This document shows, one piece after another, positions 11,301-18,708 of a stretch of 52,875 nucleotides of DNA. This DNA is from a virus (Duplodnaviria; Caudoviricetes), in IMG/VR virus record IMGVR_UViG_3300044478_000026, positions 1-52,875 of that record. One strand, given 5' to 3'. The translations under genes were made by a program, and so were the position numbers. The notes beneath the pieces were generated by a model that did no database searches, was not told the origin of the DNA, and worked only from the letters and a program-made list of their open reading frames with translations. Each line of letters begins with the position of its first letter. The first letter of the stretch is position 1.

Positions 11301-12119
11301 CAGCGCCGCATCCGTTCCGGACTTGTACCCGAGCGAGGCAATGAGGTCGTCGAGTTCCTTCGACGCCGCAGGCTCCGGAGGCGCGGAAGGCGCAGAAGCC
11401 GACACCGCGACGGTGGGCGCGGAGATGACCGGAGCCCCCTCCTTGCCGAGCGTGAACTTCACGACGAAGTCGATTTCGTCGAGCGCATCCGTGGTGATGA
11501 GCCCCTTCGCCTTGAGCGCCGGAAGCACGTCCGTCTCGATGAAGTTGGCAGCCCACCCGTAGCCCTTGCCGTACTTCTGAGAGACGGCGCTCGCAGCTTT
11601 CCCGGTGTCGCCGTGCTGATGGAGCTGGGCAACGACGAACGCTTCCTTGGAGTCCGGCGCGTAGCCCAGCGCCTGCACGGTGGCCGTCACAGGGTCGGTC
11701 GTCGGCGGGGGAGCCTCGGGAGGCACGCCCTGCTCGGCGTCTTTCGCCTTCTTCGCCTTGTCCTGCCAGTTGCCGCCGAACTTGGCGACCATGTCCTGCA
11801 CGAACTTCTTCGTCTTCAGGAGCTGCGCCTGAATCTTCGGGTCGTCGAAGTTGACGGACTGGAGGTACGACTTCATCTCCTCGTCGGGAGTTGCAGGCTT
11901 CGCCAGCTTGCCGGGGCGCGGCAGAATCGCCTGCTGACCCAGCGGCGTCGCGTACGGCACGTTCACCCAGCCGTCCTTGGTCTTCTGGCGCTTGACCTTC
12001 TTCCCGGCGACCTTCCAGAGCGACACCCAGCCGATGGGCAGTCCAGCCTCAGTCAGAGGGAACAGGTCCGAAGAGGAGAGCCCAGCAACGTCGTCATTCC
12101 AGAGGTCGAAGCGGCTCAC
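5352..12119 (-). CDS. Giant multidomain protein: helical repeats, two HipA/PI3K-like kinase domains, ART-like C-terminus
   Basis: Kinase 1: GGNKPK..FLYKH..DWVCSNHDCKIGN..GIDKEQAF. Kinase 2: GGASEK..WMVK..DWMMSQHDSHGAN..GIDKEQAF. Start GTG 12119 with GAGGAG SD. Confidence 0.85.
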   Translation of the reverse strand: MSRFDLWNDDVAGLSSSDLFPLTEAGLPIGWVSLWKVAGKKVKRQKTKDGWVNVPYATPLGQQAILPRPGKLAKPATPDEEMKSYLQSVNFDDPKIQAQLLKTKKFVQDMVAKFGGNWQDKAKKAKDAEQGVPPEAPPPTTDPVTATVQALGYAPDSKEAFVVAQLHQHGDTGKAASAVSQKYGKGYGWAANFIETDVLPALKAKGLITTDALDEIDFVVKFTLGKEGAPVISAPTVAVSASAPSAPPEPAASKELDDLIASLGYKSGTDAALAVGLIKASPDDLKGVSATLASAQGLHPDVAAAVVAQVHQKMAHAGLVSVPTKTTKKKKTTTTAAPTAPVEAPVTTLANLPVEKVNDLKKKLDIKPGTIGDWALSALVTNGGDEGLAVAALIAVNPKIDHDHAQKLAAALNKLALATLNKKSVVGIVDAPFHDLDLPIHTNALQKSKPPEPEPVAAPPPFTPPSGKTYAPLPASLVGLSPKITDLVVQAGFAAGSEEAKLLNLWQSNGGAKSPKDATYDDLVALGWDGADAEKFMTYVADKFIDAIPATVSWSELMKKDPAKKPVLDYPVPDLSSLDIPVDAKTAELATKLGFSASGSEAKMLAVWRKKLAQGLKLDGSLTSAGNEISDLVYASPIQATAPQVQKVLTKLVNAAYGLPDFLDYEFTKNPPSEQETKKKAMVAAGQAYLASIPKDVYDKYVEHGDISPEDEVFFGVLADYDIGAPFSLQSALQQAAEELLGMDYAAAGAAATNFRQLMKEVGIVIESPGGDEFTVGTKHSVFKFPTAGTEVEPAKVSPEPAPAPAPAGHFPAPPPLSSLTDAGDAQKKLGGNKPKRFMKDSGGNLFLYKHGADVLRARGGEVASNLSALIAGAGAYVPVRAVEKDGDWGTVQPVVPNITMLGTNKTADEDLKALSPEQIRQLQRERVIDWVCSNHDCKIGNFIKTKDGSILGIDKEQAFKFIGQDKLSTDYEPNPSPPVYNALYNLYAEKKLDLDPNDVLPFIQAVEGVSEDDWRKAVQPYIDALPVEERVPKLSAILARKNGVRTEFELFFSGLMKKRGELSQHPMDLFKFPKTGTAAAPKPASPVPGVLATPVLPALASLTYAGPASGIGGASEKHWFKDASGKKWMVKLAADKNTKKPQPFKAAAAAMFAKVGLAVKSNTVPVGLTTYEGKPAAIQPWVEATGNLASKVPAALTTQQKADVAAEHILDWMMSQHDSHGANLLILPDGRVTGIDKEQAFKFMLANPALPNTPDELSTDYHPNTMENPPYYNKFWAAFAEGKMDFDPTVMKSAIEAIEKIPDDAYAQELAGYAAQQPKLVDANLISAFYAQAIGRKQNIRPDFEKFITGLYEKRTKKKGKFTFAGGWVPEGAVVAAPAATAQSLPTAPAPVGTQPVPKPVNYVPPPIASVKNAAAAMGIAQGGEYYKALQQLAAYNFNPNDAAAQLAYVTGDKHQVCVKRVKYVLKKLKAVGGWVGATKPVVPSAASVAAAPPMTPGEPVDVPAATAVQPPKEAEAAAASATAQKALQTLTGLDAVSAGEKREAMQGVLSWIVPSGSGLVGRPDTDPVWEKLAASPAELLSAGAVFTALGKIPPVDFEAMVRPIAEASHPGNRLLQDAFVQDAVNRKNTTKYRVEQALTEVFGEKTGEEGKFAFDSGGWVAAGAKPKPIIKDIKKTAAMVADEMGVKVRPWKSKDGAEDPTRYALKVYGTEGVTKAEEFLKKMGLTALSAPVEKKKEGGGSKFLIPVSREALDKAFITEQQVITPEEQIAAKGKIPPHPGTPSYLPAHAPARPIAQSFADLDKANSGDIKLTRLGRAFPSDGPALWGSTGTINVRRVVKTDGKTKLLVTFKLKDRVKVAGKDTGWKTLTSSGASGSLDFKMVEYDAAADALRQTNVEWKGAWESIPARVWKKGKHELKMCGSNPYATAGLMAAELELDSGESLTGALRDLLDAAQPGLADAVLHDPTPEDREVQKLHQILFTEAPDIERALAPEDFNVATLTSKVKSRKSLAPLLDSQEVEVQPGIKSFYKAGRWKDLLPKGGDGEPALKYFQTSASTPKFIVQALKESGPLSIVSRMLIGGGGQGASDSDDMRTGGAQFGMWRAITTNSAKSGLFQHTNSGNVGGPYKYILPPDEADRLDVAFYHYDAFGAEGKDTSMPDKWKSRLSMSETIKRRDSDPSGTGTNEIDWMSGVHASRILRIVTQSEASRVALVSEAKTQGLHEVNGVPIEDFVVVESSAQAVYDKYVKPLGF

Positions 12120-12182
12120 AGCGGCTCCTCGGGTCGGTGAAAACACCCGGACTTCATACCGTACCGATGCTGATCTTGGAAC

Positions 12183-13004
12183 TCAGACTGCTTCAGCTTC
12201 GAGCACATCCGGCTCCGCCGCATCAGGCTCCGCCGCATCCGACGACGCGCCCGACTTGAGTGCCTTCGCCGCCCGCTTGGCAGCCTCATCCATGATGGGA
12301 CCGAGGAAGGCGTTGATGTCCGCGCCGGACTCTCGGCAGTAGTTGAGTACCTTGTCCAACGAGCGCTTCATCTTCCGGTCCATCTGGACGTAGACGTGCT
12401 CTTGGTTCCCGAAGGTGAAAACCATGAACGACTGGTTCATGGTGTCGCCGTGCTTGGCGAGCATCATCTGCACGATGTCCGTCAGGTCTTGGAAGGTCTT
12501 CGCTTCCTTCGCCGCCGCATCCACTGCCGCGTGCATTTCCTTCGGCAGGGACTTCTTCACCTGCCTTTTGATGTCGCCGACGAGCTTCTGGAAGATGCGC
12601 GTGTCGGAGAACCCGAACATCTGCTGGAGCGAGTCCCTGCCGTACTTGTCCGCCAGCTCGTTGTAGAGCTTGGCGAACTTCTCAGGGTCGAGCTTCCCGC
12701 CGATGGCGTTGAGACGAACGGTCTCGAACTTCTGGAGGTCGGCATCCTCCCACTTCTTGCCGGTCAAGACCGCCGCTGGGACCTCATCGAGCCCAGCCTG
12801 CTGACACGCCTTCCAGCGGTGCTCGCCACCGATGATGCGGAAGTTGCCGTCGGTCAGCGCGACCACCTGAACGGGAACGAGGCAGCCGTTCTCCTTCACC
12901 TCGTCCACGAGCCGGTTGAAGGTCGCCTCATCTTGGGTCTGGGGGTTCCAGCCGTTCGGAATCAGCTTGTCGATGGGCAGGTACTTCAGGTCGGGCTTGG
13001 TCAT
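12183..13004 (-). CDS. ParB/Srx-like N-terminal domain protein
   Basis: LPIDKLIPNGWNP...LVDEVKENGCLVPV...IIGGEHRWKA; AGGAG SD. Confidence 0.85.
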   Translation of the reverse strand: MTKPDLKYLPIDKLIPNGWNPQTQDEATFNRLVDEVKENGCLVPVQVVALTDGNFRIIGGEHRWKACQQAGLDEVPAAVLTGKKWEDADLQKFETVRLNAIGGKLDPEKFAKLYNELADKYGRDSLQQMFGFSDTRIFQKLVGDIKRQVKKSLPKEMHAAVDAAAKEAKTFQDLTDIVQMMLAKHGDTMNQSFMVFTFGNQEHVYVQMDRKMKRSLDKVLNYCRESGADINAFLGPIMDEAAKRAAKALKSGASSDAAEPDAAEPDVLEAEAV

Positions 13005-13063
13005 GGAAAACTCCTGTGTTCAGGAGATCTTACCGTAAGACGCCCTCCGAAGCAGGTACGGTT

Positions 13064-13279
13064 TCAATCGCCAAGCAGGACCTCCGACAGGTTGCCGCAC
13101 TTCCCCGCGACCACCTTCAGCTCGCCGCAGCACTCCCGGACCAGCAGCTCCAGTTGCTCCTCGCTTCCGGGAGCGTCAATGACCGGCAGCCCCTGCTCGA
13201 AGGTGGAGATCCACTTCTCCAAGAGCTTCTTGGCGCTCTCCAGTTCCGAAACAACGGTGTCCGACGAGACGTTGAGCAT
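13064..13279 (-). CDS. Hypothetical protein
   Basis: TGATG coupling with upstream gene; GGAGG SD. Confidence 0.65.
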   Translation of the reverse strand: MLNVSSDTVVSELESAKKLLEKWISTFEQGLPVIDAPGSEEQLELLVRECCGELKVVAGKCGNLSEVLLGD

Positions 13280-14208
13280 CAGTCCTCCTTGGCGATCTTC
13301 TCCAGCGTGGACAGCCCGTAGAGCACTTCCTTCGTCTTCGGGTCCACGACCACGAACTTGTAGCCGATGAGCTTCTCCAGCTTGGCGACGTACCGAAGCC
13401 GCTGCTCCTCGCTCGCCTTGGTGAAGTCGTTGTTGGACAGGAAGTCGAGGCAGATGAGCGACAGGTTGTGCCCCGCCGACGACTTGTCGGTGAGTTCGCC
13501 CGCGCGCTTGAGGGCCGTCTTCACCGTCTCAAGCTGGTCCGGGTAGAACGAGAACATCTTCGAGAAGAGCTGCTCGCCGGAGTCCTTGCCCCACTTGCCC
13601 GGACCCATCGACTCCTCGATGGCTTCGTCCTCGCGCTCCTCCTGCGTCTTCTCGTGCGAGAGCGTGTTCGACTTGACGACCGGGTCGCCCTCGGCGCGAA
13701 CAGCGGCCTCGACCTCAGCGTCTTCCTTCTGGTCGAGCGACTTCCGCACCTTCGCATCGACCGTCTGGTAGTTCGAGTTCTCCGCCATCTCGATCCACTT
13801 CTCTGCGTTCCGCTTCGTCAGCACCCGCATCAGCTCCCGCACCTTCGAGAGCCCGAGGCGCAGAAGACGCGCGCGCAACGGCCCCTTGTCGAGCCCGTCC
13901 AGTTCGACCTCCAGACGGTAGTAGATGAAGCGCAGCCGCTCCGCCCGCTTGTAGTGCAGCCCCAGCTCCTGCTCGGCGTAGTCGCGGAAGGACTTGTACC
14001 CCCACTGCACGTAGACGGGCGCGTTCTTCGCGTCGCCGTCGATGGGAACGTCGTAGACCTTGTAGAGAATCTCAGAGAGTTCGAGGAACTGCTTGTCGAT
14101 GTCGTCCACCAGCTCCTTCGCCCGCGAGCGCACCTTCTTCGCCCACGACTTGGTGCCGACATCCGACTCCGAGTTCTTGCCACCGTCGATGACGCTCAGT
14201 GCCTTCAC
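13279..14208 (-). CDS. Hypothetical protein with GYKSFRDYAEQELGL motif (DUF3102-like)
   Basis: Start GTG 14208 overlaps the ssb stop; GAGGAG SD. The upstream part of the tracked ORF is a shadow of ssb/ruvC. Confidence 0.75.
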   Translation of the reverse strand: MKALSVIDGGKNSESDVGTKSWAKKVRSRAKELVDDIDKQFLELSEILYKVYDVPIDGDAKNAPVYVQWGYKSFRDYAEQELGLHYKRAERLRFIYYRLEVELDGLDKGPLRARLLRLGLSKVRELMRVLTKRNAEKWIEMAENSNYQTVDAKVRKSLDQKEDAEVEAAVRAEGDPVVKSNTLSHEKTQEEREDEAIEESMGPGKWGKDSGEQLFSKMFSFYPDQLETVKTALKRAGELTDKSSAGHNLSLICLDFLSNNDFTKASEEQRLRYVAKLEKLIGYKFVVVDPKTKEVLYGLSTLEKIAKED

Positions 14209-14537
14209 GCGATGTCTCCTCTGGAATCCTGCTCCTTGGGCAGGAAGATGATTTCTTTCGCACGAACCTCGGTCAACCCGCCATGCTGCCCGTCCCGGTT
14301 CATCAGCTCGCCTTCCACCAGCACGTACACACCCTTGATGAGCTTGCCCTTGCAGATGCGGACCAAACCGTCGGGGTAGACGTTCACCTTCACGAAGGCG
14401 GTGACGATGCTTCCGCCGGAGGTGTGGCGGTCTGACGCCATGTGGAACCCGCAGACCTCGTCGCCCTTGCCAGTTCGACCGAACTCGATGGCTCCGGTGA
14501 CGTTGCCGCTGATGATGACCTTGTTCAAACCCCTCAC
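14205..14537 (-). CDS. ssb: Single-stranded DNA-binding protein, bacterial OB type, without acidic tail
   Basis: GLNKVIISGNV...LIKGVYVLVEGEL...TEVRAKEIIFL; GTG overlaps the ruvC stop. Confidence 0.85.
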   Translation of the reverse strand: MRGLNKVIISGNVTGAIEFGRTGKGDEVCGFHMASDRHTSGGSIVTAFVKVNVYPDGLVRICKGKLIKGVYVLVEGELMNRDGQHGGLTEVRAKEIIFLPKEQDSRGDIA

Positions 14538-15103
14538 GACGCCTCCTTGGTGACCGCACGGAGGAGGCGGAACACCTCGCTGTCCCGGCAAGCCAACACG
14601 GCTCCCAGCGCATCATACGGGTGTTCCAGCTTCGAGCGAGGGACGTCCGCGCACAGCGCGCGGGTCTCCGCCCCGAACCGAGACTGAACCGCCGCCTGCA
14701 CTTCCTCCTTCGAGGCGGTCTTCGCCCCCGCCACCGCCAGCTTGATGCCCATCGGGGTGACTTGGAGCACCGGTACATCCAGCAGCGACGACAACGCCGA
14801 CACGACGCCCCAGCACATCGCCATCTTCGCGGCGACGCTCGAACTTCGTGGGAAAGACATCGTCTCCGCGCAGATAGCTCGAACAGGACCATGTGGTCCC
14901 TTGGTCAGGGTGTCATGCAGGAACACGGAGATTTCGCGCGCCCGCCGGACGTTGTCATCCGCCGCCAGCACGGCTCGCTTCTTCGAGGACTTCTCAGTCT
15001 CGAACACACCCATCCGCACCGGGCGCTCGCCGGAGGGTCCAAGCAGTACGAGCGCGTAGCCGATGCTCGCAAATCCGGGGTCCAAGCCGAGCACCGGAAT
15101 CAC
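14534..15103 (-). CDS. ruvC: RuvC-family Holliday junction resolvase
   Basis: VLGLDPG..IGYA, ICAE, TPMGIKLAVAG..ASKEEVQ, HPYDALG. Confidence 0.92.
   Translation of the reverse strand: MIPVLGLDPGFASIGYALVLLGPSGERPVRMGVFETEKSSKKRAVLAADDNVRRAREISVFLHDTLTKGPHGPVRAICAETMSFPRSSSVAAKMAMCWGVVSALSSLLDVPVLQVTPMGIKLAVAGAKTASKEEVQAAVQSRFGAETRALCADVPRSKLEHPYDALGAVLACRDSEVFRLLRAVTKEAS
14886..14899. promoter_or_regulatory. Dispersed palindromic motif copy 2 (GGACCATGTGGTCC)
   Basis: Exact copy inside ruvC. Confidence 0.5.
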
Positions 15104-15468
15104 TCCACACCTCGGCGCATCTCCTGCTTGACGTTCTGAATCAGGGCGAACCGGTCGTGCAGAACGATAGCTCCCAGCACGTCGTCAGCATCCTTGTGCG
15201 TCGTCAGCCCCCCGGTGGCACTCCGCGACAGCGCCTTCTTGCGCCGGAGCCCGATGGCGTTCACGACGAGGTCGAACTGCTCCTTGTGCGCCTCCACCCA
15301 GCCCGAGGTGTCGAGGAAGCAGAGCGCGCAAATCGGCTGCGACTCGTCCCCGTACCGCGCGTGCTGTACGCGCCAGTGCGCAGTCGGCTGCTGACACTGC
15401 GAGCAGACGTAGTTCGTGTCGTGGTGCGCCGGAGTGAGGCAGCGAGTCGAGGGGACGATGGGTATCAC
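15100..15468 (-). CDS. Zn-finger protein
   Basis: CSQC...CALC; GTGA coupling at both ends. Confidence 0.65.
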   Translation of the reverse strand: MIPIVPSTRCLTPAHHDTNYVCSQCQQPTAHWRVQHARYGDESQPICALCFLDTSGWVEAHKEQFDLVVNAIGLRRKKALSRSATGGLTTHKDADDVLGAIVLHDRFALIQNVKQEMRRGVE

Positions 15469-16346
15469 GGCGAGATGTCCTCCGTGTCCGACTTGAAGCA
15501 CAGCCTCTTGACCGAGCACGCCTCCGCGCGAGGACAGTCGCTCGTGGCGCAAATCCGCTGAGGAACCGTGCCGTCCTTCAGCCCGATCTTGATGCTCGTG
15601 AGAAGCGCCTTGATGGCGGCAATGGTGGACTCGTCGCGCTCGACGTGGTGCTCCTTGAGCGCGTCCAACCCGTTCTCACCCTTCACCCAGTAGAGGATCT
15701 TCCCCCACTTGAATCCGGTGAGCCACATATAGACGTGGACCTGAATGACATGCCCGACGAGCGGCGCGTGCTTCACCTCCCACGCCGACTTGCCTCCGGC
15801 GGACTTCGCTTCGAGGACACCCATGCCGGGCAATCCGGGAAGAACAAGGAAACCGTCGCAGTGGGCGGTGATGCGGTACTCGTCGTTGACGAACTGGTGT
15901 TCGACGTACTGGAAAACTGCTTCCCCTCTCGCGTTGTTCGGAACCCCACACTTCGCACACTTCTCCGGGCGAGGAACAACCGTGTCGGAGACGGGCTTTC
16001 CGGACTCGACGGAGCCGTGGGTGTGTCCGCACATGATGCACTTCCACAACCCGTAGATGACGTTGATGGCGGGGAGCGCGTGGTTCTGGAGACCCCAGTG
16101 TAGCGACGTCCCGTGCAGAAAGATGAGCAGGGTACTGGCGTCGAACTTCACCTTGCGCTTCACCTGATGCTTGAAGCGCAAGATTTCCTCACGCCCACAC
16201 AGGCTGGAGATGGCGGAAGCCCGAACATACCCGTCAGCCGTCAACGGATCTTCGAGCCGGTCCTCGAACCAGTTCTCCGACAACAAGGTCTTGAGCGAAC
16301 CGCTCGTTATCGCCTTCGACCCAGCAACCAGTGAACCCAGTGCCAT
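15465..16346 (-). CDS. Cas4-like PD-(D/E)XK exonuclease with Zn-ribbon insert
   Basis: SAISSLCGRE, GTSLH, HCDG, LEAKS, QVHVYM, C-terminal Cys cluster; insert CIMC...CAKC. Confidence 0.85.
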   Translation of the reverse strand: MALGSLVAGSKAITSGSLKTLLSENWFEDRLEDPLTADGYVRASAISSLCGREEILRFKHQVKRKVKFDASTLLIFLHGTSLHWGLQNHALPAINVIYGLWKCIMCGHTHGSVESGKPVSDTVVPRPEKCAKCGVPNNARGEAVFQYVEHQFVNDEYRITAHCDGFLVLPGLPGMGVLEAKSAGGKSAWEVKHAPLVGHVIQVHVYMWLTGFKWGKILYWVKGENGLDALKEHHVERDESTIAAIKALLTSIKIGLKDGTVPQRICATSDCPRAEACSVKRLCFKSDTEDISP

Positions 16347-16612
16347 CGTCCCCTCTTCGTTCTCGCGTCCGAAATCGCACTACCGACGACTCGTTTCACT
16401 TCCTTCAGCAGAACCTCAGCCTCGCGCGGAGTCAGTTCTATGCCACAGGTCTGACATGCCCACCAGCGGTCAGCCTCCGACCACTCGTAGGCGTCGTCGC
16501 AGGTGACGCAGAGGATCTTCAGGACCCCGGTATCGGGGTCCACCTCCACGCGAGTCCGCGTCAACGGGTCCAGCACCATCTCCCGTCTCACCACTTCGAG
16601 CGCGGACGTCAT
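16307..16612 (-). CDS. Zn-ribbon protein
   Basis: CVTC...WWACQTCG; ATGA coupling. Confidence 0.65.
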   Translation of the reverse strand: MTSALEVVRREMVLDPLTRTRVEVDPDTGVLKILCVTCDDAYEWSEADRWWACQTCGIELTPREAEVLLKEVKRVVGSAISDARTKRGRWHWVHWLLGRRR

Positions 16613-17250
16613 GCCTTCGGCATCCCCTTGTTCGCGTTCAGAGCGTCGTACAGCTTGGCTTGCTCCAAGAGCCGGTCCACGTCTTCCTGACGGGACGGAG
16701 CGAGAGCCAGACTCACACGGAACTTCTCCAAGGCGACTTCACGCTGCGCGGCGTTGTTGAAGACCCGCGCCTCGAAAACCGCGTCCGAGATGTCGTCATC
16801 CGTCGGAGCCGGGTGCCCTCGCTGCGCCGCCAACGCTGCTACCCGCGCCTGCATCGCCTCCCGGTAGAACACCGTGCGAAGGGACGACAGCAACCCGAAG
16901 AGGAAGAAGCAGGTCGCCTCCCTCGACTCCGGCACGGAACCCGTCAGCATGTCGCGCGCCGTCTCCGCGAGAAGATTGCGGAGCCCACCGAGCAGCGCCA
17001 CCTCGAAGCTGCCCGCGCGCGCCCGCACCCACGCGACGTTGAGCGTGCGCTCCAAGAACTCCGCCACCCGCTTCTTGGCGAGGTTCTCCTGCTCGGCAAC
17101 GCGGAGATACGCCTCCAGCTCCGTGTTGGTTGGAGGAGGCGGAGGAGGCTGGGGCGGCTGCGGAGGGGGTTCGCGCTTGGCGTCCCGCTTCGTCGTCCTC
17201 GTCTTCCTCGACTTCGGCTTCGGCTTCGTCCGTTGTTTCTTGGCTGCCAT
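16609..17250 (-). CDS. Hypothetical protein
   Basis: Basic and Pro-rich N-terminus, helical body; GGAG SD. Confidence 0.7.
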   Translation of the reverse strand: MAAKKQRTKPKPKSRKTRTTKRDAKREPPPQPPQPPPPPPTNTELEAYLRVAEQENLAKKRVAEFLERTLNVAWVRARAGSFEVALLGGLRNLLAETARDMLTGSVPESREATCFFLFGLLSSLRTVFYREAMQARVAALAAQRGHPAPTDDDISDAVFEARVFNNAAQREVALEKFRVSLALAPSRQEDVDRLLEQAKLYDALNANKGMPKA

Positions 17251-17277
17251 CCGGTACTCCCACTCACTGCGTCCGTT

Positions 17278-17598
17278 TCAAGTCTGAAGGAGCGTGCGCA
17301 TCCTTTCAGCCACCGACTCGACTTCTTCACCCTTGCGCTGAAACGACAGCTTCTTCTGGAGGCGACTCACCCTCGCCGCCTTCGACTTGTACATGGTCCG
17401 CTTCGGATTCTTCTGCCGAGAGGCGATTTTCCGCTCCGACGAGTCCGACCGGCTCTGAATCCTACCGCGCGCCCGAAGCGCCTTCTTCGGGCGCTGCTTC
17501 TTCGCCAGCTTCGCCCGCGTCCCGGACTGAGGCTTGAGCTTCCTCGGCTGGATACCAGCCAGCTTCTGAAACTCGGTGAGCAGGTCGAGCGACGACAT
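17278..17598 (-). CDS. Highly basic small protein
   Basis: MSSLDLLTEFQKLAGI... followed by a K/R-rich body; ATG overlaps the upstream TGA. Confidence 0.7.
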   Translation of the reverse strand: MSSLDLLTEFQKLAGIQPRKLKPQSGTRAKLAKKQRPKKALRARGRIQSRSDSSERKIASRQKNPKRTMYKSKAARVSRLQKKLSFQRKGEEVESVAERMRTLLQT

Positions 17599-17951
17599 CA
17601 GTTCAGCTCCAGTTCCTTCTTCAACAAGACCGACGCATCGCAGGTACAGCCCTCGGAGTCCTCGTGGTGCTGCGCCAGCGTCGCAGCTTTCCCCGCAGCA
17701 TACGCCTTGGCGAGCAGCGCCAACATCTGCTCCCGCCCGACGCCGTGCAGTCGGGCCACCCCGTCCACTCGACCCAGCTCGTAGGCGAGCGCGCCAAACA
17801 CGCCCTCCAGCAGGCGCACGACGCCTTGTTCGTGGGAAACCTGCCCTTGAAGCTCGGCGGAGCCCCACGTCTCGGCGATGAGGTTCTGGAGCGCACCACC
17901 GAACTCAACAGCGACGGAGCGGTGGTCGGGATGCGGGACACGCGAACTCAT
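17598..17951 (-). CDS. Hypothetical protein
   Basis: ATG 17951 with GAGG SD; coupled to neighbours. Confidence 0.65.
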   Translation of the reverse strand: MSSRVPHPDHRSVAVEFGGALQNLIAETWGSAELQGQVSHEQGVVRLLEGVFGALAYELGRVDGVARLHGVGREQMLALLAKAYAAGKAATLAQHHEDSEGCTCDASVLLKKELELN

Positions 17952-18065
17952 GCCCTCGCCTCGGGCACGTAGACCACGCTGACCAGATTTACGTCTGATC
18001 CCCGCCAAACCGCCTCCGGGTCACGCGCATCGGGACCGGATTCTCTCAGGGAGTTCATGGTTTGC

Positions 18066-18530
18066 CTACCCCTGCTGGGAGATCCGCCGGAAAAGGTCAA
18101 GGGGAATGAGCGCCCACTCACTGTCGGGCTCCCCCGGACGCTTGGCCTCGAACGTGACGATGAGCGCGGGGGTCGTACCGTGAACACGCGCCCCGTCGCT
18201 CACCTTGTCGAGCCACTCCCGCTCCAACCGGATGCCCTTCAGGTCGGTGCGCTTGTGCTCGATGTGGAACTTCGCGTTGGCGATGTCGCCGTCCAACGTG
18301 ACGTTCTCGAACCCCTCCTTGAGCTTCTCGCCCCGGAACGACACGTTGGAGACCTTGGCGACCTTGGCCCACTTGGACCGCGACTTCCCGCCGGAGTTAG
18401 GCAAGCGCCGCCCGCCTAGCTCCTTCGCCAGTCGCAGCTCGTGCTTCTTCGACCGCCGGTAGCGGTCGTGGTTCGCCTCTTCGAGCCACTTCAGCTTCAC
18501 GCCCTTACGGGGGCTTTCATCGTCACTCAT
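18066..18530 (-). CDS. Hjc-like PD-(D/E)XK resolvase/endonuclease
   Basis: KKHELRLAKELGGRRLPNSG...GDI...FHIEHKRT...WLDKV...PALIVTF. Confidence 0.8.
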   Translation of the reverse strand: MSDDESPRKGVKLKWLEEANHDRYRRSKKHELRLAKELGGRRLPNSGGKSRSKWAKVAKVSNVSFRGEKLKEGFENVTLDGDIANAKFHIEHKRTDLKGIRLEREWLDKVSDGARVHGTTPALIVTFEAKRPGEPDSEWALIPLDLFRRISQQG

Positions 18531-18708
18531 CTTGAGTCTCGCTGACGGTCTGATCAGGCGCGCAGGTCGAATGACCGTTCGCACATCGCCAGATCCACCG
18601 CATGGGAAAAGACAACAGACTACTGGGGTCTGGCTCCGCCTGAGCCAAACCCCCACAGACCGCGCACGAACTGGTCTCCGGCGCTACTGCTCCGGGGTCT
18701 CCTCCCAC
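18523..18708 (-). CDS. Small Zn-ribbon-like protein
   Basis: CAVCGG...WIWRCANGH fills the recA-resolvase gap; start uncertain. Confidence 0.4.
   Translation of the reverse strand: MGGDPGAVAPETSSCAVCGGLAQAEPDPSSLLSFPMRWIWRCANGHSTCAPDQTVSETQDE

Noticed and set aside
13279-14892. 537-aa ORF as listed in the track
   Set aside because: Its first 228 codons overlap ruvC and ssb in another frame; the credible start is GTG 14208. The same logic was applied to several other over-extended ORFs.
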